This document shows, in pieces, positions 47,001 through 56,325 of a DNA stretch of 64,000 nt; position 1 is the stretch's first letter, and every line of letters starts with the position of its first letter. The notes under the pieces were generated by a model. It did no database searches. It had not been told where the DNA came from and saw only the letters and a list, made by a program, of their open reading frames with translations. Position numbers and translations under genes: made by a program. The DNA is from Minisyncoccia bacterium (GTDB lineage: Bacteria; Patescibacteriota; Minisyncoccia; Phycocordibacterales; UBA9973): positions 189 through 64,188 of the forward strand of contig JBAQFO010000013.1 of NCBI GenBank assembly GCA_049287305.1. Reading direction: 5' to 3'.

Positions 47001-49625
47001 AGTTGGTACAGTTGCCCCAATGCCGACAAAGCCCGTACTCGTATCTACATACAAATCATCAGTATTGACAGCAAAATCTCCAGTCGTTGCAAGCGAGACA
47101 TTCAAGTTTGAGCCGGAAGCGGGAGTGATGGTAAGCGCGCTGGTTGAAATGAGAGAAGGAGTGGAAACTGAAGTGGAAGATAAAAGTTTGGTAGCGGAAA
47201 GTGTATCTGTGGCAAATGTGAGATCTGCATCGTCTGAAAGAAGTCCGACTGCTCCTGCGAATGTTACTCTGCCCGCAGTGAGCGCGGAATTAGTTATGCT
47301 GCCTCCGGAGAGGGTCGTGTACGTTGCGGTGCCCAAGGCAGGGGTCACGAGGGTCGGGCTCGTATTCATTACAAAAGTGCTACCCATTCCCGTCTGGCTT
47401 GCGACCGCTGTCGCATTGCCGACAGAAGTAATCGGCCCAGTGAGGTTTGCATTTGTGGTAACTGTGGAGGCGTTGCCGGTCAAAGCCCCGACAAAAGAGG
47501 TGGAAGTAATTGAAGTGGCTCCGGCGATTACACCCGCGTCCAAAGTTATTGTTCCATCAAATGTAATGGCTTGTCCGGCAGTCGGAATGATAGCTAGTGT
47601 AGAAGCTCCTGCGGACGAAATAGTGTTTCCATTAATAGTGATGTCGTCCACGGTCAGAGTCGTCAGAGTTCCCAGGGAGGTAATAGCCGTCTGTGCCGCT
47701 CCGGTTACTGTCGCTGCTGTTCCTGAAACATTTCCCGTAACATTGCCGGTGAGCGGCCCCGCGAATCCTGTAGCAGTTAAAATATCTGTAGTTGCGTTGT
47801 AGGTGAGGCCCGCGTCTGTGGCTGGAGCAAGGGAGCCGGTGGCTGCGGTTCCCAAGGCGACAAATGTAGTGGTGTCGCCTGCCGCGTCGGCAAAAGTGAC
47901 CGTGCCCGCATTACCGGAAACAGTTGTCTGGTCCCCGGTGTTAGTGCCGGAAGAAGTGCCCGAGAAATTGGAGGCAGCTAAAGTGCCATCCACCTGCAAA
48001 TTTCCTCCAGATGAAAGATTAAGAACTTCAGTAACATTATTTAATACTGAAAGAGAATTGTCGGAAGCCAGAGATTTAATAAACCAAGTGTCGGTTAAAT
48101 CATCGCCGTCGTCAGCATCAAGCGCGATTACCGCGTCTGTTGCCTCCGCGCCCTGAATTTCGAGAAGGGCTTCCGCGCTGGTGCTGCCTATGGCAAGATT
48201 GCCGTTTGCATCCAAACGCATGCGCTCAGTGTCGTTGGTGCCGAATATTATAGGTATTGTATTGGTTGTCCTTATTAATGCCGTGGTGTTACCCTGGAAA
48301 GTAAGTTGCCCTAAATTCACCAGGCTGAAACCCATAGTCGTACCTACAGCATTCACGCCGTTATATTGGAGACGCGCGCTTTTGAATTGTGTTGAATAGT
48401 CAGAGCCTTCAAGCTCGATTACTGCTTGGTCACCACCTACGATGGATCCGTCGCCCATTACATCGACATTAGCTCCGTTAGTGCCCCCGTAAACGAAAAG
48501 CCGGCTGGCATTGCCGGCACCGCCGGCATTATCCGCGGAACCTATTCGCACCTCGCCGCCATTAGAGCCGGGCACAATCGCAAGCATAGAACGGCTATTG
48601 GTCGAATCATAAATGTCAAAGGTGCCGTTCGTCGCCGTGCCATTTCTAAGCTTCCATGTTGTACTCGAGGCTGTGGTATCAGTAAATGTCATTACCGGGT
48701 CCGCGCCGTTAAGTGCAAGCGAAGTATTTACGGTCGGGGTTGTGATGGAAGGGCTTGTGGCAAAGACCGATACTCCAGTTCCTGTTTCGTCAGTTAAAGC
48801 AGTTAGTAAATTTGCAGAAGAGAAAGACCCCAACAGAGTAGCATTTCCGGTGGAAGTAATCGCACCGGTCAGATTCGCATTTGTCGTAACTGTGGCGGCA
48901 TTGCCGGTTATAGAACCCACAATCGGATTGGTAACTTCTAAATCTGTAAACCAGCCTTTTAAAATTCTCGCAAGGGTCGTGCCGAGGGAACCGGTAGTGT
49001 TTACATTATTCGTACCTAGGTTCAAGTTGCCGGAAGACAATACCGGTATTTGGTCGCCGGTCGGGGTTTGTGAAGGTGTGAATCCTCCTACAGTTTTTGA
49101 ATTGATAGCATAACCCGAAGAAACAACGCGCTGACGAGGTGAAAGCGTTTCAAACGTAGTCACGCTCGCGCATGAACCCCCTGAGGAATTAGCAACTTCA
49201 ATATTGAGATAAATCTCATCCGTAGTTTGAAAATTAAAGTCCAGCGCGTCCCCGCCGGCAGACGTGTCCCCGATGTCGGCATTGAGAACACCGTTCTTGA
49301 CGTTGACCGTCATTTTCGACGGCGTGCCGGTGGGCCAGAGTTTGGAACCACTACCGACAGTAGTATTGTCATAAAAAGAAAAACGGAAACAGTAGTTGGT
49401 GCCAGAAGCCCCACCCAAAAGGTTGCCAGAAGAATCCAGGAGTCGGCCCTGATGATGGAGCATAAGCGGAGTACCAGACGCTGCAAAAACCGTATTAGAA
49501 ATTAAAATAGAAACAGAAAAAAGCATCATCAACACAAAAGTGATACTTTTTTTAGAGGAAAATAGTTGTAGTATTTTTTTTATCGAAAAGTCCATTTTCC
49601 GGCGAGTAGGTATACTACCCACCAC
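44040..49625 (-). CDS. giant (1861 aa) Thr/Gly/Ser/Asn-rich repetitive surface protein with a C-terminal Pro/Thr/Glu/Ala (PEPTPEPAP) repeat tail
   Basis: N-terminal signal/anchor helix; internal near-identical repeats (NVGIGDTTPDY(E/A)LDVNGS(I/V)NAVTSF(L/V)LNDTTVLSGTTLGS); C-terminal PEPTPEPAP repeats. Confidence 0.7.
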   Translation of the reverse strand: MVGSIPTRRKMDFSIKKILQLFSSKKSITFVLMMLFSVSILISNTVFAASGTPLMLHHQGRLLDSSGNLLGGASGTNYCFRFSFYDNTTVGSGSKLWPTGTPSKMTVNVKNGVLNADIGDTSAGGDALDFNFQTTDEIYLNIEVANSSGGSCASVTTFETLSPRQRVVSSGYAINSKTVGGFTPSQTPTGDQIPVLSSGNLNLGTNNVNTTGSLGTTLARILKGWFTDLEVTNPIVGSITGNAATVTTNANLTGAITSTGNATLLGSFSSANLLTALTDETGTGVSVFATSPSITTPTVNTSLALNGADPVMTFTDTTASSTTWKLRNGTATNGTFDIYDSTNSRSMLAIVPGSNGGEVRIGSADNAGGAGNASRLFVYGGTNGANVDVMGDGSIVGGDQAVIELEGSDYSTQFKSARLQYNGVNAVGTTMGFSLVNLGQLTFQGNTTALIRTTNTIPIIFGTNDTERMRLDANGNLAIGSTSAEALLEIQGAEATDAVIALDADDGDDLTDTWFIKSLASDNSLSVLNNVTEVLNLSSGGNLQVDGTLAASNFSGTSSGTNTGDQTTVSGNAGTVTFADAAGDTTTFVALGTAATGSLAPATDAGLTYNATTDILTATGFAGPLTGNVTGNVSGTAATVTGAAQTAITSLGTLTTLTVDDITINGNTISSAGASTLAIIPTAGQAITFDGTITLDAGVIAGATSITSTSFVGALTGNASTVTTNANLTGPITSVGNATAVASQTGMGSTFVMNTSPTLVTPALGTATYTTLSGGSITNSALTAGRVTFAGAVGLLSDDADLTFATDTLSATKLLSSTSVSTPSLISTSALTITPASGSNLNVSLATTGDFAVNTDDLYVDTSTGFVGIGATVPTAHLQIDGNISAAAWTTDGIAFDVNAATYTDTSTAAAGTVATRTANSFGAPTFASTNAITVTDAFSLYVPKPIAGTNTTITRANSAYFEGNVGIGTATPSSALEVTGNITLTQGAARTISVSQRSGIDNDGYALNILGGAAADAQVQFHQGGNVYIDGGVGQTNGNVILSSVNAGKVGIGDTTPDYELDVNGSINAVTSFLLNDTTVLSGTTLGSSIVTSSLTTLGTLTSLTINSATVTLDQDTNFVTSGGINGMSIDGTTFSVDGASNRIGIGTATPEVSLHVANADSVQLLLEQTADNTTNPAMIFRKTRGATKTALDGDSIGTFGAKFWDDTAVTPVETTGGLIYAVVDDASNGTEDASWHFTNIVAGASTEILTLKGGNVGIGDTTPDYALDVNGSVNAVTSFVLNDTTVLSGTTLGSTIVASSLTSTGTVQVGTWNSAITANSTISTTFGTLKFSNDVTSFGALTTPSIYASASTGGAYPFLGAGNLVLQGRAADTDIVFATGATPSVKMVVTGSGEVGIGTTTPATQLDIDTGSNTLGLRLRGVAETTEIGDIYMAAGGGLTLSTANTGAATAYIEVDGEDNEYGFIIRDSNTGSSVYSNLYMNDAATDYLNINVGATNATAGLVVQTGGNVGIGTTVPGYLLDVSNAGSLGITNKTAAPGNSQSLPGSLIFDGYGWNTSVGSTAIQGKVLFSGAYSGTTDSVEPFITFSLKGTGGGAGAGSSTLTEYMRITNAGNIKIAGTVARATTEGTNHLDIFNGTAPVGTLANGISLYSTAGELRVMDAAGNATLLSPHENVNNYWVFDSANSETGKTLVIDMELIMKDLNDSLELDYVHETQDGELVNRGEGSILSKLFSKVGAWLADATNGIGSVFANVFEAKEKICVDGECLTKEDIRALLILTGSSSGGSSPAPTPEPAPTPTPEPAPAPAPEPTPEPIPEPTPDPAPVPEPIPEPAPTPTPETAPAPAPEPTPEPAPEPAP

Positions 49626-49763
49626 CTATACATTATATGAGAAAAACGTAACACCCGCAACGAAAAAAGCTATATTTGTGGGGATAATTACCCAATATAA
49701 TAAAGGGTTAAAAGCAAAAAAAAATTTACAGCCATTCCCCCCACTTATAATCCCTAATTCTGA

Positions 49764-50438
49764 CTAATTTTGGGTAGTGGAAATGATTTTCCCATCATCA
49801 AGGTGGATTATGCGTTCCGCAAACTTACTGTATTCAACTTCATGTGTAACCATAATGATAGTTTGCCCACCTTTGTGTAATTCTTTGAATATATCCATTA
49901 CGATACGAGAAGATTCGTTATCTAAATTTGCCGTCGGCTCGTCTGCAAAAAGAATTTTTGGTTCGTGAGCAATAGCTCGAGCGATACTGACTCTCTGTTG
50001 CTCTCCTCCGGAGAGTTTGCTTGGCAAGTTGTGCAATCTTTTCTCAAGACCGACCCGGACCAAAGCCATCTCTGCTTTTTCATACGCTTTTTTTTCCGAA
50101 ATCCCCTGCATCAAAAGTGGCAGTGCAACATTTTCAAGCGCGTTCATTTCAGGCAGAAGCGCATAATCTTGAAAAACATATCCAAGCTCGGAAAGACGAA
50201 ATGAGGTTTTGTCTCCCACTGACATTAAGTGGGTATCTTTGTTGTTTATTAAAATCTCTCCGCTAGTCGGCTCATCCAAAAGGCTCATCTGATAAAGGAG
50301 AGTGCTTTTCCCCGCGCCCGAACGACCCATGATAGCCACGAACTCTCCGCTTTCGGCAAGGAAATCTATTCCTTTCAGAACTTCTGTCGTGCTCTCTCCG
50401 TCTTTGAATGATTTTTTTAAATTTTTTACTTCAATCAT
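49764..50438 (-). CDS. ABC transporter ATP-binding protein (MacB/LolD/DevA-type)
   Basis: Walker A GRSGAGKST, signature LSGGEQQR, Walker B ILFADEPT. Confidence 0.9.
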   Translation of the reverse strand: MIEVKNLKKSFKDGESTTEVLKGIDFLAESGEFVAIMGRSGAGKSTLLYQMSLLDEPTSGEILINNKDTHLMSVGDKTSFRLSELGYVFQDYALLPEMNALENVALPLLMQGISEKKAYEKAEMALVRVGLEKRLHNLPSKLSGGEQQRVSIARAIAHEPKILFADEPTANLDNESSRIVMDIFKELHKGGQTIIMVTHEVEYSKFAERIIHLDDGKIISTTQN

Positions 50439-50451
50439 AAATTAATTAAAA

Positions 50452-51708
50452 TTAGTTTCTGCCTAAAATAGAATCCAGGGTATTCTTTCGGACAACAAGT
50501 CGAGCGGGAATAAAACCGGCAATTATGGTAGTGACCATCAAAAGTCCGATACGCAACATGGTGCCTCCGATTGGAGCCACCAATATTCCATCACTAAAAG
50601 GAAAGTCTATCGGATGAGCGGCAATTGCCGGCTGAAGAAACGCATACAGCGCGACAATTCCTATCACCGAACCGCAAAACGCATAAAAGAACGACTGCAA
50701 AATATAAGATATCTCAATGGCTCTTTCATTAATACCGATACCTTTCAAAATTCCGATAAATTTCCTGCGAGTAATGGCATTAATGAATATAACAATAAAA
50801 ATGGTTATAGAAGCAACTACCAACCCGATAGAAGAAAGCATGTTGCCAAGAAGAGCGAAAGTGTCTATCATGTCTTTGATAAATTTTGGCTGAGCGTCTT
50901 CGTATGTCTGAACCTTGGCAACCTTATCTATTCCGTTTTGTTTCAAGATATCACGCACAACCACCGGGTCGGCTCCGGGTTTTAACTTGATGGAAATTTC
51001 ATCCACATTGTAATCATTCCTTCCGATCATACTCCTAAGTTGGGAGTCCACCATAAACACCCTCATACTGACTTCGTCTACTTTCGCTTTGATAATCCCC
51101 TTGACCGTAACCTCTCTTTCCACTCCGTGCACTTTTATGCGAATCTTTACTCCGGGCTTTATCTTATCCAAGGTAGAGAACCCAGGAGAATCTATCGGAA
51201 GATATTTTTTTGTAAGATAAGCTCCCAGTAAAACTTGGTCATAGTCTAAAGGAGAAAGATATTCTCCTTCCACTATAAACCTGGAAAGGTCTGTCACCGC
51301 ATCTTCCGCCATGGGGTCAATCCCGGTCACCGAGGCTGCTGCCGTGTTGGGTTTTTCTTTTTCATTGGTTCTGGTTTTATAATTTGCTTCCAGCGTTCCT
51401 CCTTCCAAATACCTGGCAGACATCGCCTCTATCTGAGGCAACGACCGGACTACACTCAGAACCTCCGGACTATTCTCAATGTAAGATTTATCATTTAAGG
51501 TTGAAATTATGACATCGCTCGTATAGTGAGTGCGTACGGCATCTATGGCCCCCTGAATAAGTCCCACTAAAATACCGCTAACCACTACCAGGTTAAGAAA
51601 AGTAAAAAACATCACAAATATTATGAGGACCGTGGTCCAGGGATTAGATCTCCTAATCTGACGCTTGGCCAGGAAAAATCCGATGCGTATATTTAATGAG
51701 GAAAACAT
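50452..51708 (-). CDS. ABC transporter permease (FtsX/MacB/DevC-type, 4 TM with a large periplasmic domain)
   Basis: N-terminal TM, large extracytoplasmic domain, C-terminal 3-TM FtsX-like region. Confidence 0.8.
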   Translation of the reverse strand: MFSSLNIRIGFFLAKRQIRRSNPWTTVLIIFVMFFTFLNLVVVSGILVGLIQGAIDAVRTHYTSDVIISTLNDKSYIENSPEVLSVVRSLPQIEAMSARYLEGGTLEANYKTRTNEKEKPNTAAASVTGIDPMAEDAVTDLSRFIVEGEYLSPLDYDQVLLGAYLTKKYLPIDSPGFSTLDKIKPGVKIRIKVHGVEREVTVKGIIKAKVDEVSMRVFMVDSQLRSMIGRNDYNVDEISIKLKPGADPVVVRDILKQNGIDKVAKVQTYEDAQPKFIKDMIDTFALLGNMLSSIGLVVASITIFIVIFINAITRRKFIGILKGIGINERAIEISYILQSFFYAFCGSVIGIVALYAFLQPAIAAHPIDFPFSDGILVAPIGGTMLRIGLLMVTTIIAGFIPARLVVRKNTLDSILGRN

Positions 51709-51714
51709 TTTAAA

Positions 51715-53217
51715 TTATTCTACGTTAGGATTAAGGACCACCATTTCGCCATCAGTAAGACCAGACACCACTTCTACTTGTCCCAAAGAAGAAACTTCTC
51801 CCAGAACAACCTCACGATCTACGATTATTTTTTCTTCTATAATCTGGATAAATTTCTTGCCATCCTTGTTAAACACAACCCCACCCGGAACCACAATGAC
51901 GTTGGGTTTGTTGAAAATTATTATAGAAACATTCGCTGTCATTCCAGATTTTATCCTTTCATCTTCGTTATCAAACTGCAATTTAATTCTGTAAGTAGAG
52001 ATACCGTCACGGACAGTTTCAGCAGAATCTATGGAGACAACCTTAGCGCCAAAAAAAACATTTTCTCCGTAAGCATCCAAGGTCACATTTGCAATATCTC
52101 CCACTTTTATAAGAGCAATATTTACCTCGGGAACATAACTTTCTATTTGGAAAGTGTCTTGGCTCATTATCGTGACAAGCGGAGTGTTCGGGTCCGTTAT
52201 CTCCCCAACCTTGGCGTCTATTTTGGTTATTACTCCATCAAATGGTGCTCGGATATAATAATCGGATAATTTTTTTCTGGCATCCAATAAGGTGTTTTCT
52301 TTTTGCTTCACAGTTAATTCCAGGTCTTTGATGTCCAGACCCGCACTCGGGAATGCTTCTTTGAGATCGCTAATATCTTTCTTGATTGACAATAGTGAAT
52401 CCAAATGCCCGCTTGCCGTATCGGCATAATCCGAAAGAGAATTCTTGGATTCCGTAAAGCTGGACGAGTCAGTTGAGTCGTCTGCCATATAATCTACGTA
52501 ATTTTTTATCGTCTTAATTTCGTCCGCGAAAAGCTTAGTAGTGTCATAAGTGGTATCAATTATTTTTTCTATTTCCGATCGCGGAGAATTGCGACCAAGA
52601 AGTCGAAAATAACTTCTGTTTTCTTTGAAAGCGTTTAGGGCTTCATAATAGGCTTTTTCGGATGCCTCCAAATAAGACTTCGCAGTTAAACCGCTTGCGC
52701 GGGCAGACCTATCCGAAAGATTGTCCTCATTTAGCACGTCTTCAAGTTCGGTTATCACCACAGAGAGATCAACGAATGCATCCGAAACAGCGGTAAGTCC
52801 TTCGTCGTATGCTTTTGCCAAATCCGCATTCAAATTATCTTCCGAACTTTCAAGTTTTAGTTTCGCCAAAGAAAGTTTTGCGCTCTCAAGGCTAATTTCC
52901 GCATCATGAACTTCTTTCTCGGCTTCTTTTGCGTCTATTTTCGCAATAAAAGAACCCGCTTTGATTTCCTGACCTTCTTCAAAATATACGCGTTCTATCT
53001 TTCCTCTTTCTTCAAAGGCCATATCCACTTCTTCGGAAGCGACGACTTTCCCGGAAACATATACTTGGTTAATGAAATCGGAATGGCTGATCGTTAGTGT
53101 TTCGCCGGTTGTTGTTTTATTGTTGAAAAATAAAAATCCTCCCACCACCACAATAATCGCACCCAGCCCATAATAAAGATACTTCTTTTGTTTTAACAAA
53201 TTTAATATTTTTCCCAT
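51715..53217 (-). CDS. HlyD-family periplasmic adaptor (membrane fusion protein, DevB/MacA-like)
   Basis: N-terminal TM anchor, long coiled-coil hairpin, C-terminal beta-barrel/lipoyl-like motifs. Confidence 0.75.
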   Translation of the reverse strand: MGKILNLLKQKKYLYYGLGAIIVVVGGFLFFNNKTTTGETLTISHSDFINQVYVSGKVVASEEVDMAFEERGKIERVYFEEGQEIKAGSFIAKIDAKEAEKEVHDAEISLESAKLSLAKLKLESSEDNLNADLAKAYDEGLTAVSDAFVDLSVVITELEDVLNEDNLSDRSARASGLTAKSYLEASEKAYYEALNAFKENRSYFRLLGRNSPRSEIEKIIDTTYDTTKLFADEIKTIKNYVDYMADDSTDSSSFTESKNSLSDYADTASGHLDSLLSIKKDISDLKEAFPSAGLDIKDLELTVKQKENTLLDARKKLSDYYIRAPFDGVITKIDAKVGEITDPNTPLVTIMSQDTFQIESYVPEVNIALIKVGDIANVTLDAYGENVFFGAKVVSIDSAETVRDGISTYRIKLQFDNEDERIKSGMTANVSIIIFNKPNVIVVPGGVVFNKDGKKFIQIIEEKIIVDREVVLGEVSSLGQVEVVSGLTDGEMVVLNPNVE

Positions 53218-53260
53218 GTAGTCCTATTGTACCAGAAAATCCTTATTTATCAATAGATTA

Positions 53261-53644
53261 TTATTCGAAATTAACTTTAAAATTATACATTCCCATTCCA
53301 CACACACCCTCTATCGGAGTTCCCGCTTCAGGAACTCCGATATCTATTTCCGTCTCTCCTGTTTGAGGTAAAATTTTCTGAAAATCCACTGATCGGATAA
53401 CAAGTGAGGACGAACAATCAAAGGTGCCTGTTGTTTTAATGATTAGCTTGGTTGGAATACCTGCCTTTGCCGTAGACAGCGCCGGAAAATAACCGCCCCT
53501 CGCCGTTATTTTCACATATTGAACTCCGTCAACAATTTCAACGTTTTGCACAGATGCAGTTTGTGCGCCAGGTTCTCCGAGAAAAATAAATCCGAAGATG
53601 AATACAAGCGTGAGACTAAGAATGATTAAGACTGGTTTATTCAT
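53261..53644 (-). CDS. small secreted protein, possibly cupredoxin-like metal-binding
   Basis: signal peptide; Cys/Met motif DCSSS...VCGMGMY; sits in the copper cluster; fold assignment is a guess. Confidence 0.35.
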   Translation of the reverse strand: MNKPVLIILSLTLVFIFGFIFLGEPGAQTASVQNVEIVDGVQYVKITARGGYFPALSTAKAGIPTKLIIKTTGTFDCSSSLVIRSVDFQKILPQTGETEIDIGVPEAGTPIEGVCGMGMYNFKVNFE

Positions 53645-53666
53645 GTTTTTATTGTAGCAAATTAAA

Positions 53667-54677
53667 TTATATATTAAATAGCGGTGAAATTAGCCCCAAC
53701 CCTGCCAATCCGGCTAAAAGCGAAAAAATTCCAAGCCCCACCACCACGACTCCGGCGGATTTGAAAAAAAGCGGAGCATAGCGGGAATGCGCAAAGGACG
53801 CCGCTCCGAAAGAAAGCAGAAGGAGAACGGGAAGAGTACCGAGAGCGAAAAGGAACATGATTAAAAGTCCGGACATAAATGAACCGCTGGAAAGCGCTAC
53901 AAATTGCATTGATTGGGTAAACCCGCAAGGCAAGAAAAAAGTTCCAAATCCGACAATCAAAGGCGTGAAAGTTTTATGTTCTATCTTCCTGAAAAAATTA
54001 AAAATTCCCGACGGAAGGGTAATTTTATTTTTTGCCAAAACTCCCATTAAGTTTAGTCCGAGAGCAAGCATGATGAGAGCCGCTATAATTCCCAGAATGG
54101 CGGTAAAGGTTAAATTAATTCCGATAGCATTCCCTACCGATCCTAATATTCCCCCCAAAACAGCAAAACTTACCAACCTTCCCGCGTGGAAAAGAATAAA
54201 AGTTTTTGTATCGCTTTCGTTGTCTTCGGAAATTTTGGCAGACAGAGATAACACTAGCCCTCCAACAACAGCCAAACAACTGGAAACAGAGGCGATGAGC
54301 CCGACAATAAAGCTGGTGATAGGAGTAATTTCCCCACCCAAGCCCAGGTTTAAAATTCCTGACTTCTGTAAAAGAAAAAACAAGGCCAGGAAGAATAACC
54401 CAACTGGGATTGCTGTCCAGAGAACATCGTTCCCCTTTTTCACATCTCTAGCTTTTTCTACCGAAAGCGTGTAGCCATTTGCTTTTATTTTTTCCGACAA
54501 GATATGAGCAATCTCTTCAATATTTTTTTCACTTTCGGTTTCTATGTCAACCGTCTCTTTCTTTAAGTCCACCCTGACACTGCTAACAAACTCCTCGTCT
54601 TTTAGAATATCTTCAATCAATATTTTGCACGATGCGCAGTGAGTGCCAGACACGTGAAATGTGTATTTTTGTAGCAT
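53667..54677 (-). CDS. heavy-metal-associated (HMA, CxxC) domain fused to a CcdA/DsbD-like polytopic membrane domain
   Basis: N-terminal FHVSGTHCASCKILIED HMA motif; membrane part with FLPCGF conserved Cys in a TM helix. Confidence 0.6.
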   Translation of the reverse strand: MLQKYTFHVSGTHCASCKILIEDILKDEEFVSSVRVDLKKETVDIETESEKNIEEIAHILSEKIKANGYTLSVEKARDVKKGNDVLWTAIPVGLFFLALFFLLQKSGILNLGLGGEITPITSFIVGLIASVSSCLAVVGGLVLSLSAKISEDNESDTKTFILFHAGRLVSFAVLGGILGSVGNAIGINLTFTAILGIIAALIMLALGLNLMGVLAKNKITLPSGIFNFFRKIEHKTFTPLIVGFGTFFLPCGFTQSMQFVALSSGSFMSGLLIMFLFALGTLPVLLLLSFGAASFAHSRYAPLFFKSAGVVVVGLGIFSLLAGLAGLGLISPLFNI

Positions 54678-54731
54678 TGAACATATAATTTATCACAAAA
54701 ACACGGACTTCGCAAATTAGATCCTTATTAT

Positions 54732-55895
54732 TTATTTTGAATTATTTCTTCGTATCATTAGTGTCGCGATGAGCGTTGTTAAGGGCACAGCCAGCAATAA
54801 CCCTGAGGAAGACACGAGAGTCCGCAATATCTCTTCGGCAACTACCTCCGTACTGGCAAAATAACTGGGTGACATTCTCTGAAGCGACAATAGAAGCAAA
54901 AGTGGCAAAGAAGCTCCAGTGTAAGCGAGCACTAAAGTGTTGACTACGGCGGAAATATGGTCTTTGCCCACGCGCATGGCTTCACGAAAAAGTTTAACGC
55001 CGCGAAACTCGGGATTTGCCTCCGCCAAACTCCAGACTACAGAAGCCTGGATAACCGCCACGTCATCCAGCACGCCAACGGCGGCAATAATAATACCCGC
55101 CACCATGAGGCCTAGAAGGTTGATGGGTCCCAAGCTTTCCATATCCAGATACACGGACGTCTCGGACAATCCGGTGAAATGGAGAATGTCCACCAAATAA
55201 TTAGCAGCCACACCAACAACCAGTAAGGAAAAAATTATGCCTAAAAAAGCGGCGATAGACTTTTTATTCACTCCATAAGACAGATACAGGGTAGGGATCA
55301 GTATGACCGCGGCGCTAATAATGCCTATGCTTACCGGTGAAGCACCAGTGAGTATCTGGGGAACCAAAAACACAAAAATAACGGCAAAGGTAAACAGGAG
55401 CCCGATAAGCGCATAGATTCCCTTCCGTCCACCTATGGCCAACACCAAGAGAACGAAGAGGATCAGAAGCCATATCAACCCCTTGGTCCGCGAAATATCC
55501 GCAATGGTTAATTCATTTTCTCCGAACAGCGCTCCCCGTAAAAATATTTCGTCGCCGATTTTGACGGGATTGTAGTCGTTTAAAATGGTTACGTCTCTTT
55601 TTTCACCATTGGTAATTATTTCCACCCGAAGCGTCTGTTCTTTTATGGTCTTGCTTTTTTCCCCGAGTTCCAGGGCGATATCTTGCTCCGACTCCACCTC
55701 GATCACTACCCCTTTTATTATGTCATCACTTACGGGCCCCTTAAATGCAAAGAACATGCCCGCCAAAGACAAGAATAAAATAAGCAGAACAATATATTTG
55801 TTCGGTTTGTCTTCTTTGCGTATGTGATTGTTGTGATTAATTGTTTCCATTAGAGCCCTCGGCTGTATCCCAAGATAATCGCCTCTCCACATCAC
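54732..55895 (-). CDS. YibE/F-like membrane protein
   Basis: N-terminal TM, extracytoplasmic domain, then about 7 Gly/Ala-rich TM helices resembling the YibE/F family; recalled family pattern only. Confidence 0.4.
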   Translation of the reverse strand: MMWRGDYLGIQPRALMETINHNNHIRKEDKPNKYIVLLILFLSLAGMFFAFKGPVSDDIIKGVVIEVESEQDIALELGEKSKTIKEQTLRVEIITNGEKRDVTILNDYNPVKIGDEIFLRGALFGENELTIADISRTKGLIWLLILFVLLVLAIGGRKGIYALIGLLFTFAVIFVFLVPQILTGASPVSIGIISAAVILIPTLYLSYGVNKKSIAAFLGIIFSLLVVGVAANYLVDILHFTGLSETSVYLDMESLGPINLLGLMVAGIIIAAVGVLDDVAVIQASVVWSLAEANPEFRGVKLFREAMRVGKDHISAVVNTLVLAYTGASLPLLLLLSLQRMSPSYFASTEVVAEEILRTLVSSSGLLLAVPLTTLIATLMIRRNNSK

Positions 55896-56325
55896 CTATA
55901 TTTTCCATAACTAACGTTAAACTTTGGGGATAGGGCGTTATCGGCTTAAAAATAAGCGCGCCCTCCCGGTGATGCCCGCCGGCTGGAGCGCCTTCCCATC
56001 TTAGCGCTTTATTTTTTTTGCCTAAAGCATCTGTCAGGGTTGCGACCTCTAGCATTTCTTGGTCCAATTCAACCGAATGGGTGCTCATTATAACATTAAA
56101 TTTCCATTCTTTCGATCGCGGTGAAATATCCTTCGGGGTGACAGTAACTGAAACTAAGTCTTGATCGTCGGTTTTTGTTTCCCACTGGCTCTCAACACTG
56201 TTGCGCTCGGAGAACAAGGTCTCATTCTCCGTAGTGAGAGTTTTATTTGGCTCCCTGCTTCCCGTAAATATCGCAAGGCCTACGATAACCACGGCTGCCG
56301 GAACAATTAATAATTTTTTATCCAT
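55837..56325 (-). CDS. hypothetical secreted/anchored protein
   Basis: N-terminal hydrophobic helix; no motif. Confidence 0.4.
   Translation of the reverse strand: MDKKLLIVPAAVVIVGLAIFTGSREPNKTLTTENETLFSERNSVESQWETKTDDQDLVSVTVTPKDISPRSKEWKFNVIMSTHSVELDQEMLEVATLTDALGKKNKALRWEGAPAGGHHREGALIFKPITPYPQSLTLVMENIGDVERRLSWDTAEGSNGNN

Noticed and set aside
44131-49113. Many plus-strand ORFs (for example 44131-44490 GSG-rich, 47020-47802, 48613-49113) inside the giant protein gene
   Set aside because: They are antisense translations of a low-complexity Thr/Gly/Ala-rich gene. The 1861-aa minus-strand frame is continuous and has a signal peptide and internal repeats.
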